Part shown: in pieces, positions 1 through 12,589 of the stretch
How the letters are laid out: every line of letters begins with the position of its first letter
How positions within the stretch are numbered: the stretch's first letter is position 1
Notes under the pieces: generated by a model
Databases searched by the model: none
What the model was told of the DNA's origin: nothing
What the model saw: the letters and a program-made list of their open reading frames with translations, nothing else
Position numbers and translations under genes: made by a program
NCBI RefSeq assembly: GCF_002113885.1
Contig: NW_018404662.1
Span: 854,114 to 918,113, forward strand
Direction of reading: 5' to 3'
Origin: Mizuhopecten yessoensis
Taxonomy: Eukaryota
DNA length: 64,000 nucleotides

Positions 1-1596
1 ACACTGTTTCTACATGTATTATGTAAATAACACAACAAACACCTCCAGTCATGTGATCAAACAATTTATTGAAACCTACCTGTTAAGTATAAGATGTATA
101 ATTGTACATTAAACAAATTGTAAATAACAGCTTTAAATGACATCCCAACACTGGTGAGAACACAATAGGGATTTTAGAATAATATGTATTTTTGCTCTAT
201 TATTTAATATATTGGAGCTACTACTAGCAAAATTCTAATTAAGTCTAATTAAATTACATTGTTTTTATTCCAACCAGATTTATCTTACCTTTTCTTTACT
301 GATAACTGTACATCTGAAATAGTCTGGCCATTGGGATGTTAATGACACATCTAGATATATGGAAGCAAGTCTACACATATGTCCAAAGAATTCAATATAA
401 CAAGACTTCACATTTATTTAAGACCAACTCAACACACACTGAAAAGCAGTAGCAAGTGACACCACTTTTCATTTGGGTATTTGAAGCTAATGAAGTCAAT
501 TCATAAAACTTAATACCCTGCCATAGAGATTAAAGGTAACATAATTAGGTCAACAATCACTTCAAGCTGAAACATAGTATTTATTACATTCTTAGCTGTG
601 CAATATCAACTTATATCAAATACTATTTTTCATATCAATCTGATTAGTGAGAAATCAGAACAGTCACTGCTCCATTATCAACACTGAGACTACAAATGTC
701 TGTCCAGATTGAGAAGTAACGAGAGTTAAATCTGTGTAGATAAACTGTAATAATGGGTCACTTTTCCTGAACATACATATCTTAAATGTAAACCGACATG
801 ATTTTTGTCTAGCAGAAAGAATGGGTCCCTGGTATTGCCATCAGCAATGGACAAAACAGAAATATCATGTGATCACAGCCCCAGAGTTGACACAGAATTT
901 AAAAGATTCCGTTTTCCAACAAAAATTAGTTTCAAAAATTTTAAATAGAAAAGTTTATGTTTGTTAATGATTTCACTTGAGTGGCAAAGTGCATGTACAA
1001 TGTATATGTTATTCAATATTTCCTCAATATTTACTCACAATTAACTCACTAACAAAATAGTATTCCGGTAACCGTATGAAACATATATAAGATCTTCAAT
1101 GGAAAACATTAAAATATTCTTTCTGTTTATAACTTCACGTAGATATATGAGTTCCTGTGATGTAACAAATTAAAGTACACATAACAATACAATCTGTGTT
1201 ATACCTCAATTAAGAAATATGAGAACTATATCTTAAGACTTTAAGCCCCAGCTTATTTGGGAGGGGAATTTGCAGACTTGTACTGACTGATATATGAAGT
1301 AAATGTATGTACTAAACAGACCTCAAGTTGAACAATATACTGTGTTTCAACAATATCAATAACCATGATGTAATATATTCACCCCGATCAGGCTTTCTTC
1401 CTTATGTAATATTTATATCCGATTCATTAAAGAAAGCGTCACATCTACAGGCAGATGTTTTTATAGGAGTTAATTGTAAATACACACAACACAACAGGGC
1501 TGTGGAGTACCCTGTGCTGATTTGTAGGTTCAGCAAAGTGAATCCCAATCAGTCTTCGTGGCAATCCTTCCAGACGCGGTATGTCCAGAGGGTATC

Positions 1597-4500
1597 TCAG
1601 TGCTGAGACCATTGAATATTCTTCAGGTCAATTCCTTCCTGTACCATTTCCCACAATGGACTGGAAATTAAAACAAATGTACATTCAGTTAGTACTCCAT
1701 AAAACCCTCTGATTGTACCATGATTTAAGATAAAGTTTATACAGAGAATATCAAAGGGTCACATGGTTCATCATAAGAAATAAATTTAAAGTGCTATAGG
1801 GAAGGTTAGATTTTAACATAATTGTAGATGATTAAAATTCCTGTTGGGAAGGTGTTCATATTTAATACATTATAGTCTGTGTAAGTCGGTTAACAAGTAG
1901 TGACAGCCTGTTAAGTACTGGAACCCATATGTAACTGGCTTTTGAAGCTACTGGTAGGTAAAAAAATCAGTGCTCACCTCATCTCTCGCAGACGTGTAAC
2001 ATGGTCAATACATTTGTCTGCAGTGTAATCCAGTTCTTCCTCTGTTGTAAATCTCCCTATCCCAAACCTTTAGAGATGAAGAAAACAAACGCTCAAATTG
2101 AAATTTAACTGTTAATATGTTCACAAAACCAAGATAAAGAATACACTGCAAGCCTCTGATTTTTATATTGCATATTCCCCCTTTGATACAATGAAAATTG
2201 TTTAACTGACAAAAGCAATAAATATTCTTTTTGTACACTCTGTCAAGTAAATCCTGGATTTATGTTACATTTTTAGACGTACAACATATTTTATGCAACT
2301 TTTCCAATCTTGTGTTAACATTACAAAAGGATATTCTTCATTGAACAGAATTGCAGGCAATTTACTCCACCATTTAATATAATTATGTACATGTATACCT
2401 GCTCCCTTAAAAATGGAAATTTTCGTAGATTTCACTTTAGCTACACCAGTGCAAACTAAGAACAAAATTGTGTATATTGGAAGAAAAAGACAAAAAAAAT
2501 CTGCAGCCTTGTAAAGAACACAAACATTTCAACACAAGTAGTTTGAAGAGTTTAGAAGATAAAATTTCCACATGAAAAAAAATTCCACAATGTTTACAAT
2601 TATGCAAAATTACTCATAAAACCAGAACAAATGATAGACACAGCTAAATTGATGTTTTGATACAATCTCAAATTACCTGATTGATGAATGTGCCAGATCT
2701 TCATCAGCACCAATCGCTCTCAATACATAGGAGGGCTCCAGGGATGCAGATGTACAGGCGCTGAAACAGGGTACAGAAAAAAGATGAAAAAAGATTTTAA
2801 GCAGTGTCAAGTCTGTGGGTATTGTATTTGCTGCCTTATTTACTACTGTCAGTAAAATTATAACATGTATTGTGTGGCATCCAGAAGCTTATTTAAATTT
2901 TCAACCAAATTTTGAAAGAAAGAGGATATCAACACTTTAAATCAATTTTTTTAACATGTACTGTCCTTTAGCACAACAATTTTAATGGATTATAGGTATC
3001 ATTTGAACAACATGGAGTATAGTTTTAAGAGTTTGAATGTTTTTCTTTTGGTCTATTGTATGTTTTTAATATGTCCAATACCCATGAAATGGCTCTGTCA
3101 ATGTGAGGTGACAGGATATTAACACACGCTAACGAACATTTCCAGATCAAGCTTAAATGAAATATAAGAGTTCAGACTCAAGAAAAGAACTAGCTCAACA
3201 GCCATTTATGGTGCATGTTTCATTTAAACCGTTATTAGATTTAAATGGTTGCAAAGTCATGACTTCAGGAACACTAAAGGACAGTTAATGAAGGATTTAT
3301 AGAGATACCGACTAAGCCAATATAACCAAGGGAGATAATTCCACTTATCATCCTGAAGATAATATTAATAGATAGGAAACATCCTTCAATGTTTTAAGAA
3401 AAAGATCTCCCTAACCACTTACCTCCCTGAAGATAAAGCAACATCCTTCAGTGCCATCAGTAAACTCTCTCCTTCCACAAAGGCAAAGGACAAATTCACA
3501 CACCCTGTAAAGTGATAGGGAAAACAGGTCTGAGTAATAAAACTTGTTGCCTTGTTTATGAAGAAGTAAACATCCTCTGTAGCTACGTATACATCAGTTT
3601 CCCAAATTTAAAGTCCATGTACAGAGGTGACATTTGACCACTTGCCTTGTTGGTTTTTTTTAATAACAGACCTGAGAATTATTTTTTATATACAACTTTA
3701 ACATTCATCCATGAATCGTCCATCTATGAAGTTGTATTAAAAATATTCCACTGTACATCTGTCTTGACCTTCGAACCTTGCTGTGACCACTGACTTGATG
3801 GTACAGACATGGGAGTTACATGTAACATACTGTCCAGTCATGTTACATCCAAACAAGCCATTAAAAGGTTTTCTGCTCTTAGAACTGAATGCCAAGACAA
3901 GAATGTAGATCGACTAATGGATATCATGCAATCCTTAGGTCAAGTAATGCATTAAAAGGGGCTTACTAACAGATGATGGACACCATTGGTGTATACAGAA
4001 TAACAGGTATCACAAAAGACATCCTGAAGTGCAAAAGTACCTGGATAGGATTGTTCTGGATCGCCGTTCCGGATAACCTTGGGGAGTGCCGACTGAAGAC
4101 GGTCAATCAGTCTGTTGGACAGAGCTGTGATCCTCTTGTGGTCATACTGTAACAAAAAGGTAGATTTTTTATTGATATAATGGATTTGTTTCAAAGTTAA
4201 ATATCACATTTTATTTGTAATTGATTAAACCAAACCCTTAAAGACATTCAGAATAAAATATATTTTCTGCAAGCATTTGGGAGAACTAAAATCACATTTA
4301 TGGAGACTTTTTGTGACATGTGTCCACTAACCTCCATTTCCTGCATAGCAATCTCACAAGCTGAGCCTAAGCCCACACAGAGAGGGGTGGGGACAGTGCC
4401 ACTCCTCATTCCTCTCTCCTGCCCTCCTCCACTCTGGGGAGCATCTACCCTCACTCTAGGCCGACGCCTCACATAAAGGGCTCCGACACCTGTTACAAAA

Positions 4501-7500
4501 GACAGGCTGACTTGTAATACACATCGAAACAAATCTCAATATGTACCAACACACATGTACATCTAGCTAGTTGATGATAATTTGAAATTTTAAGGATCCT
4601 GTATGTGTGTTTATGTAAACTTGAGGAAAACTTATTTGTTTCGACTTTTGCAACCTGAAAAATGTGAAACAGAGAGTTAGTTGGGATGCTGTTAATTTAC
4701 TTTTGAGAACAAAACCACAAAAATCTGACACTCACAAATTAAATTGCTATGTATAGTGGGTGATACCTTCGATACATTTTCACTGATAAAGATGTACTGT
4801 CCCCAGCAAAATCTCGTGCTGAATTATAATGGTACATGTTTGAGGAAGTATACCTTTAGGTCCATATAGCTTGTGTCCACTGATGGACATCAGATCTATC
4901 TTCATGTCATTCACATTTACAGGCACTTTACCGACGGCCTGAGCTGCGTCAGTGTGGAAAAATATCTTGTTGGCACGGCACATCTCACCTGTGTTAAAGA
5001 TAGAGAGCATCACATAACACAGATAACAATAATATAAGTCTCTATTAATAAGCACTGATACCCTAGTCCTCACCCATGGAGCCTAGTTCATATACTTCTC
5101 AAGGGGACCTTGTTCTCATCCAGAGGGCTTAGTCCTTAACCATGGGGCTATGTCTTTACCACAAGACCTATTCCAGTCTTAGAGAGGTGATGAACTGATT
5201 ACTGGACATATTGACAAGTACCCTATTTGCAGTATTTCGTGTTTGCTTTATTCATAGTCTGAATGATTTCTGCACGATATAAACTTCTAGCTATCTGTTC
5301 ATGTGAAAACAGTAACAAAACTGAAAGTAGTCTGGAATGTAGCACAAACTAATTTTTGTGCTGATGCACTAACACAATATCATGAGAGTTCCAAGTTTAA
5401 GTGCTAAATAGAGAATTCCCAGAAACTTAGCTTTATTTCCAGTGACATGCATTACCTTTCTGTAAAATCTGTTCCACAACAGGGACGTGCTTTACAATTG
5501 CCAGCTTATAATTATTACTGGTATATGTTTGTTTACATTGCACTTTTACAAATATACATACCAATCTCCTTTACTGGTTGAGTGACACCAATTTCATTAT
5601 TGACCATCATTATTGACACTAGGCCAGTATCGGGTCGAATTGCATCCTGTAGTTTCTGTTAACATTAAACAAAACAAAAGTTAATAAAGATACAATAACT
5701 ATAAAGCTCTATTATTATGAGTCACATTATTTTCAAAAAATGCTTACTTCTTTCAACAAGATGATAGCTTAACTTGAAAAACATAAAATAAGTGTATAGT
5801 AAGACATACTAACTTTGTTTATTGGTGTAAGGATCCTTCAGAATTTGCCATAATTTACAATCTGATTAGAAGCCTAAGAGTTGGCAAATATTGGCCAGGA
5901 TGGAGTAACAAAAGGACTCCATGTATTTGTACAGATTTCTACAATCATATTTATGATCACAAGAGTCAATTTCTATTGATAAATAAGGACACAATTTTCA
6001 ATAAAAAACATCAGAGACCATATCAGGTAGAAAGTGTGTTTTCAGCATTCATTGTCCACAAAATAGTTATTGTTAACAAGAGGCCCAATGGGCCTGAATC
6101 GCTCACCTGGTATAAATCTCACACTTGTAATCTTAAAAGTGGACTAAAATACAGCTACAGGCAGAATATCACTGTTTGAATTATAAGAACCTATTAAAAG
6201 ATTTAAACATATGACGCCTGTGACCTTGAATGTTGAACAAGGACATAATTAGGTTGAATAGAGTTTATAGTCTTCTAACCAAGCATGCTTCTGGCAAAAT
6301 ATCATTACCCTGGACCTTTGGGTTAAACAGAACATGCAGGTCATTTAAAGGTTTAAACATATATTGACAACTGTGACCTGGAATATTTGTCAAGGTCATT
6401 CATTTTAACAAACTTGGTAGCCCTTCATCCCAGGATGTAAATGGCCATATATCGTCACCCTGGGCCTCTTGGTTATTCAGAAAAAGTTGTTTAAAAGTTT
6501 TAAACATATTTGACCCCTGTGACCTTGAATATAAGTAAAGGTCATTCATTTGAACAAAGTTGGTAGCCCTTCATCACAGCATGCTACTGGCCAAATATCA
6601 TTATCCTAGGCCTCTTAGTTATTCAGAGGTTGTTTAAATAATTTTAAGACAATTGGCCCATGTGACCTTGAAAATGAATGAAGGTCATTCATTTGAACAA
6701 ACTTGGTAGCCCTACATCCCAGCATGCTTCTGGCCAAATACCATCACCCTGGGCATTTTGGTTATTCAGAAGAATTTGTTGCAAGTTTTTAACATATTTG
6801 ACCCCTGTGACCTTAAAAATAGGTGAACATCATTTATTTGAACAAAGTTGGTAGCCCTTCATTCCAATTTACTTCTGGCCAAATATCATCACCCTAGGGC
6901 TCTTGGTTATTAAGAAGTTGTTTAAAGTGAAATATTGACGCCGGACGCCACACCATGGTATAAGCTCACTTGGCCTTTTGGGCCAGGTGTCAGAGCTAAT
7001 AATGGGATTTAACCTGTTTCTTATGCTGGAAAATATTACGAGATGCTTTAAAACCTGCATCACATTAGTCAGCCTGTAAGCTTCTGCAAAATCTGTATGA
7101 ACAGCAAGCTCATAAGGATATTGCATTAACAGACACATGATGAATTATTTACTATTATACTTGTGAAGGGTTCAGTAGAAATATGTTTGTACAGACACTT
7201 GTACAGGTAGTACATGTATAATGACTTACCTGTAAATCAATCAATCCATTTGTCTGCACAGGTAAGTAAGTGACATCAAAGCCTTCTGCTTCTAAAACTC
7301 TGCAGGAATCTAGGACACATTTGTGTTCCTGTATGTCACAAAATGTACTTGTAAGACACTGTCTGAATTTGGGAATTGTTTTAAAACAAAGTGTATACCA
7401 AGCAATAACAGGGATCAATCTAGGATTTAGAGAAACTTTACTTTTGAAGGAGAATACATTACAAGAATAGAAATTTTCTTCCTAAAAATATTTTTAATGT

Positions 7501-10500
7501 CAACGAGCAAACAGTTTACCATAATAATTACATAATGATAAATCTGGTTCAATCATTGGTAGATAAATTCAAATCAAATTTCATCATTTTCACTTTTAAT
7601 TGAATTCAAATGGGAATGTCATATAATATATATCTAATAGATAAAAGTGTAATGCAACAGCTACATCTGTAATATTACTTTGATTAAGAAATATTCACTA
7701 TGCTGAATCATTCAGTTCATCAATATCTGTATTGTAGTGTCATATGACTTACTGTCTGTGTTGTAATGACATGCTTTTTCTTGCTTTTGTAGAACCTCCC
7801 CACGCCTTTGACTGCAATGTTGTTGGACTCGGTAGCTCCACTGGTGAACACAACCTCCCTGGGGTCTGCACCAATTATTGTTGCTATTTGCTGCAATTAA
7901 CAGTTAAATAAACAGTGAGGATCCAAAAAGGTTGTGGGCATTTCCTTTCTCCTCACTCCATGTCTTTTTATTTATTGATAATTTTGAATACTGTTTTATT
8001 CATTCCACAAGATTGAATTCCTTTAACAATGGAGACTAAATTACAATATCCATAATAAATGATCAAATCTAATACATGTGAGTATTCTTTGATTAACGCA
8101 AAATTATATGACACTACAGCATCTTCCTAAGTCATGAGTCATCTAAAAAGAAATTACAGATCACCGATAAACCTTTTTCACCTGGAAAGATGTAAAGTAG
8201 TTTAAAACAGACACTATTCTAAAAATTAATTATCTATAGTCAATTATCTTTAGTAAAAGTATTAAATTAAATAAGAAATCCAACAATTTCCAATCTTACT
8301 TGTCTGGCTTTTTCCACAGCAGCCTCACTTTCCCATCCATATGCATGAGTCCTTGAATGTGGGTTTCCATAGTAACTAACAAAGTATGGCAGCATGGCAT
8401 CCAAAACACGAGGATCCTGTGAGAAAATGATTTAAAACATACAACATAAATATCAGTTTAAAATGATTGAAAACATACAACATTAATATCAGTTTAAAAT
8501 CTTGCTTTACTTCTACGAAAAAAATATACATACAATAGAAAATATATGAAACAAATTTCAGTCAGGTCCTAAACTTAAGATATTCTTTAAATTTTTGATA
8601 GGGAAAGCATTACTGGAGTTTTAAAGGAACAAGATGCCCATAGGGCCTGAAGATACTTACCTTTTTAATTCAGCCATTCTTTTCAAAAACTTCCTGGTGG
8701 TACATTTCATTAAGCTACAGGGTAAGTATTATGACTCTAGGCCTTTAATAATTAGTTCTTCAGAAGTTCAGTATTTTTACAAATTCCGTAGCACCACATT
8801 TCAGCAAGCTAGTGCATGTGCAATTGTCATGTCAGTAGGACTTGGTTCTTAAGAAGTCATTAGAGTATTTTTTAACGGTTTTATACATGTGACCTAAAAT
8901 GTGGATCAAAGTAATTCTTTTTGCAACGTTTAAAGTACTCTATAGGCAAAAGTCATGATTTTTGTCGTTTTTGTTCTGAGGAAGTCCTTGGGGTGTTCTT
9001 ACAAATTGAAGCCCTGTGACCTTAAATAAGGGTCAATGTCTTTTTCCACAAAGTTTGTAGCACTACATAACTGCAAGCCACTGGCCATATATTATGGTTC
9101 TAGATATTTTATTCAATTAGGAAAAGATATTTTCCCAAATTTTTGTTGCTATAATTTGTTGTTCTATATCATTCCTGATTTAAGTCAGTCTATAATTACC
9201 AAAGGTGTTGTTGCTTGTGCATCCAGATAAAGTGGTCTCATTTCTTTTGCAGGCATGTCCTTCCTTATTTCTGAGAAATCCTCACTTTTAGCTGAAACTA
9301 AATCACATGTCATATTAGTATGTGTGTACAACTCCACTCATTCTTCTTCACTACTTCAGAACTTACAATGAAAATATGGTTAGGCAGATCAAATGTATCT
9401 ATTTATTCTTGCAGGTGGGGGGGGTATACTAATTGAATCCCTTCCTTCAGGCACATGTTCATATGATGTACTTTTACTGTGCAGAGTTAAAAAAAATCCA
9501 ACAAACTCTTAAGGAGGAATTGTGCTTGCAGTTTTTGTTTGGAGCAGAAATTGAAAGTTCCAAGAATGTAACGCCATAAAAAATGTTGAATTGCAATTTT
9601 ATTTTCATCAAACACATCTACATGATGTACTGAGTCAAGTAACCCCCAGCCCTAAACTTCGTTTATGGAGAGTATAATTATGATACAAGCCAAAATAAAA
9701 GGCAAAATGGGCCTGTATTGCTCACCTAGTACTCAATATTGAGACTTTTAAAGTATGTCAAAATCAAATTTATGTAAACTAGAAATTGATAGCCCTCTAC
9801 TCTGGTATGCAAAAGATTAAACATCATGACCAAAAATTTTTGATGATTCTAAAGAAGCTAAAAGGTTTCAACACATCTGACTAAAATGACTGAATGTTAG
9901 TCAATTCTTAAATTGAACAAATTGTAATCTTGAAAGTGGTTCAGTGTCATTCTTTTCACAATTACTAAATGATAATTAACAATTTCAAAGCCTTCATCCC
10001 GACATGCTTTTGGATAAACATCATCACCCTATGCAAATTCCATCAATGCCTAGCAAAGACTTTATTCATTTCCAGCGTGAGAAAAGGAAAACACAGCAGC
10101 GTAAATTCCAAGGCTGCGAGACATCAAGACCAATTTCAAATTCAATCAGGAACAATAACAGACCAGTCATAATACTCAACAGCAATACAGAAACATATGT
10201 ATATAAGTATAACATATAGATAGATATTCAATAAAGTAAACGAAGGAGCATCAACACCAAGGATTCTGTTACGGTAGATACTTTCTTGTTGACATGTTTA
10301 GGTACCTGATGACAGTAGGCCTAGCCTACCGAAACACATACCTGATGACAGTAGGCCTACCCTACCGAAACACATACCTGATGACAGTAGGCCTAGCCTA
10401 CCGAAACATGTCAACAAGAAAACATCTACCGCAATGGAATCCTTGGTGTTGATGCTCCTTTGTTTACTCTTGGATGGAGCTCTGTTTGAATTCCCTTGTG

Positions 10501-12116
10501 GTATCCACCTCTGACTCCTGACTCAGACCACAGACCATTGCCCATAGGATGTTGGATCTCCGTGCCGGTGAATCCAACATTTTTATTCCACCTTTTCATA
10601 TAGATAGATAGATGCCTCTTGGTTATTGAGAAGTTGTGAAAATTTTAACACATGCCACTGACCTTAAAATTAAAAGTAAGTCAAGGTTATTCATTTCAAG
10701 AAAGTTCCTGACCCTTCATTGAAGTATATATATGCTATTGGCCAATTATAATAACCCTTGACGGCCTCTGAGCTCTTTGTTATTCAAGTATTATTGTTTT
10801 AAAGATTTTAACAAATTTGACTTCTGTGACCTTGAAAGTGGCTTCAGGTCATATGTTTGAAGAAAACTGGTATCCCTTCATTCCTGCATACTATATATAA
10901 TAAGCTAGGGTACATGCCAAAATAGGTACAAGTAGGTATCATAACCTTTGCCTTTTGTTCATAAAAAGGAAAAGTTGCTGAAATGCTTGAACATGCTCAA
11001 TCTCAGTGATCTTTAAAGTCATGATCAAGGTCATTCATGTGCAAAAATAATTATAGCTTTTCATTCCAGCATGCTACTAAATAGCCAAATATACCTAACA
11101 CATGCCTCTTCATTATTCAGATGATGCTTAAAATGCCTTCATTCAAGCATAGTGGATGCACTAGCCAAATATACCTCAAGTCCTCTTGATAACTGATATA
11201 ATTAGATTAAGTCATTATACAAGTCTTGATTCATTTGACATAAGTGACCTTGAAAATGGGCAAAGATTATTCATTTGAGCGAAATTGATAGCCCTTTATC
11301 CAAGAATGCTACTAGAAGATTATCATAACCCAAGGTTATTCAAAAGAAGTTACAAATGTATATGATTACTTAGAGGTTTGACCGTTTCACTACATTAAAT
11401 ATTTTGACCTGTGACCTTGAGAGCCAGTCAAGGTTATATATTTGAGCAAAATTGATTAACCTTCATCCTAGTACATGACACAAGCCAAATATCATGACTC
11501 GTAGTTATTCAGAAGAAGTTATTTTAAGATTTTGATGAATTTTACCGCAGTAAATTTGAAAGTGGGTCAAGGTCATTTACATGAACAAACATGATGCCCT
11601 TTTCTCCAAGAATACTACTTTCTCAATAATATCATCACTCTATATGCTTTTCGTTATTAAAAAAGTTTCAAAATTTAACAATTTTGACCCCTGCGACATT
11701 GTCAAGGTCGTTCATTAGAACAAACATGATAGCCATTTATGCATATTTGGTGACAAATCATCACGTGCACCCCTAAGCCCCTTACACTTGGTTTTCAGTA
11801 GAAATTGTTTAACAGCCTAAAATGACGCCCGACGGACAGATTCAGACCAGTTGAAAGTCGAACGCCGCAGCATTCCATAAAAATATATGCATTCCAATAT
11901 ATTGCATCACTACAATGACCTGAATGAGTGAAATACTGTTTCGTAATCACACAATATCCCGGATTATATACTGTACTGTATCTTCATCGAGTTACCTGCG
12001 CCTTGAGCAGCATTGTCAGAAGTTTGCGTTTGGAGACATCTCGCAGCAACCAGTTTATCAGAACTTTTCGTTAGACCCCTGGAGGCTTGTCGAAGTAAAA
12101 TTCTGAGTTGAAACAT
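1597..12116 (-). CDS. NFS1: Cysteine desulfurase, mitochondrial (NFS1/IscS family), 13 coding exons, 459 aa
   Basis: Exons with GT-AG boundaries and consistent phases: 11996-12116, 9200-9291, 8300-8416, 7753-7890, 7230-7328, 5562-5655, 4854-4988, 4332-4489, 4041-4146, 3423-3504, 2677-2760, 1978-2067, 1597-1660. Sum is 1380 nt. Motifs: [60 protein letters not shown]-lysine [22 protein letters not shown], catalytic [18 protein letters not shown]-terminal [21 protein letters not shown]. The N-terminus [17 protein letters not shown] is Arg-rich and resembles a mitochondrial presequence. Confidence 0.97.
6075..6999 (+). mobile_element. HINE (Helentron-associated, pearl/CvA-like) element with ~145-bp internal tandem repeats, in an NFS1 intron
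   Basis: Starts AACAAGAGGCCCAATGGGCC..GCTCACCTGG. About 5 units containing TGACCCCTGTGACCTTGAA. GACGCCGGACG microsatellite box. Terminal hairpin GCTCACTTGGCC..GGCCAGGTG. It is the reverse complement of the 51858-52937 copy. Confidence 0.8.
10227..10596 (+). mobile_element. Penelope-like retroelement pLTR fragment with a triplicated hammerhead core and an inverted 5' segment
   Basis: 14-bp direct repeat CATATAGATAGATA at 10213-10226 and 10597-10610 (target-site duplication). ~70-bp inverted arms at 10235-10304 and 10399-10468. Three 36-bp units CTGATGA-C-AGTAGGC-CTA-GCCTACC-GAAAC. Confidence 0.7.
10378..10418 (+). ncRNA. Minimal hammerhead ribozyme motif (probably decayed)
   Basis: CUGAUGA 10378-10384, stem II, GAAA 10403-10406, palindromic stem III ACAUGU, GUC triplet 10410-10412. 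Stem I is poorly paired. Confidence 0.55.
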
Positions 12117-12589
12117 TTTATGCGTTAACCAAGTCTTTTTACGTCGAAATGTACCTCATTTTATTCTATCCGGAAACCGTCAGTTGAACAAAATAATCGG
12201 ACCAGGACTGGTCAGATTTCCGGATTTTTCACCAAAATATCATGAATACATTAATCAAAACCGTAAGATCTCAAAGTATAGGCTAAGGTATTTTGTATGT
12301 GTGTACCATTGATATCTGTGTTTTAGAGGAAGCAAATTTGCTGTAGGTATAGCTTATACGGTAACATTGAAATTTTGAAATGAAAACCCCACATCGTACC
12401 CCATATATTTTCCGGATTTTTGTTTTAGATCGTGTCTATTTCTATACACCCGTGTCATATTTCCGATTCGTGTTGTGGTAGCAGACAGCGAATGTTTTAT
12501 TTGAAATTAACGTGAAAAACCCCACCATGTAGTGATCACATACTGTTATATATTTATGAGCGATTGTTTATGAAGACTGACATACAAAT
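12117..12589. promoter_or_regulatory. Putative bidirectional promoter shared by NFS1 and PDP
   Basis: 473 bp between divergent start codons, locally CpG-enriched. ETS-like CCGGAAA at 12170-12176. TTTCCGGATTTTT occurs twice (12217-12229, 12409-12421). Confidence 0.7.

Larger units (their letters stand above)
9705..11845 (+). mobile_element. Degenerate HINE/satellite-bearing element in NFS1 intron 1, interrupted by a Penelope-like fragment
   Basis: GGGCCTGTATTGCTCACCTAG head at ~9708, decayed GTGACCTTGAAA..TCAAGGTCA units, GACGCCCGACGGACAGA box at ~11824. Confidence 0.65.

Noticed and set aside
5187-5262. Possible C/D box snoRNA (GTGATGA ... CTGA) in an NFS1 intron
   Set aside because: It is antisense to the host gene, has no terminal stem, and shows no convincing rRNA guide complementarity.
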